Positions 62,113 through 64,000 of a DNA stretch of 64,000 nt are shown one piece after another. Source of the stretch: Deferribacterales bacterium. GTDB lineage: Bacteria > Chrysiogenota > Deferribacteres > Deferribacterales > Geovibrionaceae. A program made the position numbers and the translations under genes. Under the pieces are notes generated by a model. It was not told where the DNA came from, did not search any database, and saw nothing but the letters and a program-made list of their open reading frames with translations. The stretch spans positions 96,001-160,000 of the forward strand of contig JBFWJS010000002.1 of the NCBI GenBank assembly GCA_050253075.1, in the 5' to 3' direction. Positions within the stretch are counted from its first letter, which is position 1; each line of letters begins with the position of its first letter.

Positions 62113-62893
62113 CAATATCCTCCCCCAGATAAGCCTTGATAACCTCGTGGTTATTTCTTATCTCTATGGGTGTGCCCTCGGCGATCTTCTGACCGTGATC
62201 CATAACATAAATACGCTCTGAGAGGTTCATAACCAGCTTCATGTCGTGCTCGATGAGCAAAATGGCTATCTCTTCCTGATCTCGTATCTGACGGATGAGC
62301 TCTGTGAGCTCCACAGTCTCCTGAGGGTTCATGCCCGCTGCTGGCTCGTCAAGGAGCAGCAGCGAGGGTTCGGTGGCGAGGGCTCTTGCTATCTCGAGCT
62401 TTCTCTGCTCACCGTAAGGCAGATTGCACGCCATCTCGTCTGATTTGTGTGCAAGTCCTATCTTTTCAAGTATCTCATAGCTCTGTGTGGCTGCTTTCAG
62501 CTCTTCTGCACGTGTTTGTTTATCACGGAAGAGTGCGCCGAGCACCTTAGCCTTCATACGGCAGTGCTTTCCTATCATAACGTTCTCGAGAACTGTCATG
62601 TTCTGGAAAAGGCGGATGTTCTGAAATGTTCTCGCCAGACCTCTCTCTGTGACACGGTTAGGCTTAAGGCCGTTCAGCCTTGCCACTGCGCCCGAGTGGG
62701 TCAGAGCTCTGATATCGCCCTTTGTCGGGTTGTATATACCTGTGATGCAGTTGAAGAATGTCGTCTTCCCCGCACCGTTGGGCCCGATGAGAGCCACTAT
62801 CTCTTTTTTATCCACGTAAAGGTCAACAGAGTCTACGGCACGCAGTCCTCCGAAGTCCATTGTGAGTCCGTCTACTTTAAGTATATGTTCCAT
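62105..62893 (-). CDS. livG: Branched-chain amino acid ABC transporter ATPase
   Basis: GPNGAGKTT, ARTFQNIRLF, LDEPAAGMN, IEHDM. Confidence 0.95.
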   Translation of the reverse strand: MEHILKVDGLTMDFGGLRAVDSVDLYVDKKEIVALIGPNGAGKTTFFNCITGIYNPTKGDIRALTHSGAVARLNGLKPNRVTERGLARTFQNIRLFQNMTVLENVMIGKHCRMKAKVLGALFRDKQTRAEELKAATQSYEILEKIGLAHKSDEMACNLPYGEQRKLEIARALATEPSLLLLDEPAAGMNPQETVELTELIRQIRDQEEIAILLIEHDMKLVMNLSERIYVMDHGQKIAEGTPIEIRNNHEVIKAYLGEDIDA

Positions 62894-62894
62894 A

Positions 62895-64000
62895 TCAGCT
62901 ACCAAACCTTGCATCTTCGGCGTGGAAAGAATACTTTCGCCGGAAGTTGCTGATGAGTCCCTGCGGACGGAATACCATCATGACAACCATAGCACCGCCG
63001 AAGACCAGCATACGGTATTCGGAAAATGCCCTGAGGTACTCAGGAAGGAGTATCATGATGAGCGCACCGAGGATAACACCCGGAATGGAGCCCATACCGC
63101 CGAGAACTACGATGGAAAGTATTATCGCAGATTCGAGGAATGTGAAGCTGGCAGGGTTTATGAATGTGGTCTTAGCAGCGAATACAACGCCCATGAGACC
63201 CGCCCATGTAGCACCGAGAGCGAAAGCCATGAGCTTTGTCCTGGTACGTCCGACACCCATAGCCTGACATGCTATCTCATCCTCTCTGAGGGCGAGCCAC
63301 GCACGGCCGATACGGCTGTTCTGAAGTCTGTTCACAAAGAAGACCGTGAGAACAGTGAAAACCACCATCAGGAAGTATACAAATATTGTCGCCTGCTCAA
63401 GTGAAAGATCCATTCCGTATATGGTCGGTCTGTCAATGTTTGCGACACCGCTTGGTCCCATGGAAAACTCATTCCAGTTTTCAAGGACAAGGCGGATGAT
63501 CTCTCCAAAACCGAGGGTAACGATGGCAAGGTAGTCACCGCGAAGCCTCAGTACAGGGAAACCGAGCAGTATGCCGAATATACCCGCAAGTATACCGCCC
63601 ATCGGCAGAACAACCCAGAAAGGCATGCCGAAGTGGTGGTTTAAAAGGGCATATGCGTATGCACCCACCGCATAGAACGCTACGAAACCGAGGTCGAGAA
63701 GACCTGCGAGTCCGACAACTATATTAAGCCCCAGACCAAGCACTATATACATAAGTGCAACGGTGAGGATGTTTATCTGGTACGCATCTGTGAGAAAGGG
63801 AAAAACGCAGAGTAACGCGAGTGAGCCTATTGTGATGGAGCGGAGCATCTTCGGGTTTTCGAGAACCATCTGTGAGAGGGTCTGCTTCCCCGCCGAATCC
63901 TTCTTTCCGCTCATCTCCTTGCGCTCGAGGAGATAACGCCAGACCATAGATATAAAGAATATACCTACGCCCATGAGCATCATATTTTTCCAACGCCAGA
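62895..64000 (-). CDS. livM: Branched-chain amino acid ABC transporter permease (5' partial)
   Basis: GLNIVVG.AGLLDLG, LRLRGDYLAIVTLGFGEI; frame open to the window edge. Confidence 0.93.
   Translation of the reverse strand, partial: WRWKNMMLMGVGIFFISMVWRYLLERKEMSGKKDSAGKQTLSQMVLENPKMLRSITIGSLALLCVFPFLTDAYQINILTVALMYIVLGLGLNIVVGLAGLLDLGFVAFYAVGAYAYALLNHHFGMPFWVVLPMGGILAGIFGILLGFPVLRLRGDYLAIVTLGFGEIIRLVLENWNEFSMGPSGVANIDRPTIYGMDLSLEQATIFVYFLMVVFTVLTVFFVNRLQNSRIGRAWLALREDEIACQAMGVGRTRTKLMAFALGATWAGLMGVVFAAKTTFINPASFTFLESAIILSIVVLGGMGSIPGVILGALIMILLPEYLRAFSEYRMLVFGGAMVVMMVFRPQGLISNFRRKYSFHAEDARFGS

Overview
Moderate-GC bacterial chromosome segment from an anaerobe. Gene content and style suggest Deferribacterales (Denitrovibrio/Geovibrio-like), which is inference only. 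It holds a cobalamin-riboswitch-controlled class III ribonucleotide reductase locus in which the glycyl-radical domain is a separate 56-aa gene missing from the ORF track. It also holds a propionyl-CoA carboxylase / methylmalonyl-CoA mutase / MeaB cluster, metF-radical SAM-mqnB, ilvE, a K+/osmotic transport trio and aldB. Further along are a five-gene ECF sigma cluster whose anti-sigma and lipoprotein carry CBM48-like domains, an AT-rich yaaW-like + RHH islet beside an IS3-end remnant, redox/signalling genes, htpG with an HspR-type HAIR operator, a TetR-TolC-EmrAB efflux operon, an RRM protein, dgt and livMGF. About ten REP-like palindromes and several local duplications sit downstream of genes. 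No rRNA, tRNA or CRISPR array was seen. All product calls come from motif recognition without database searches.
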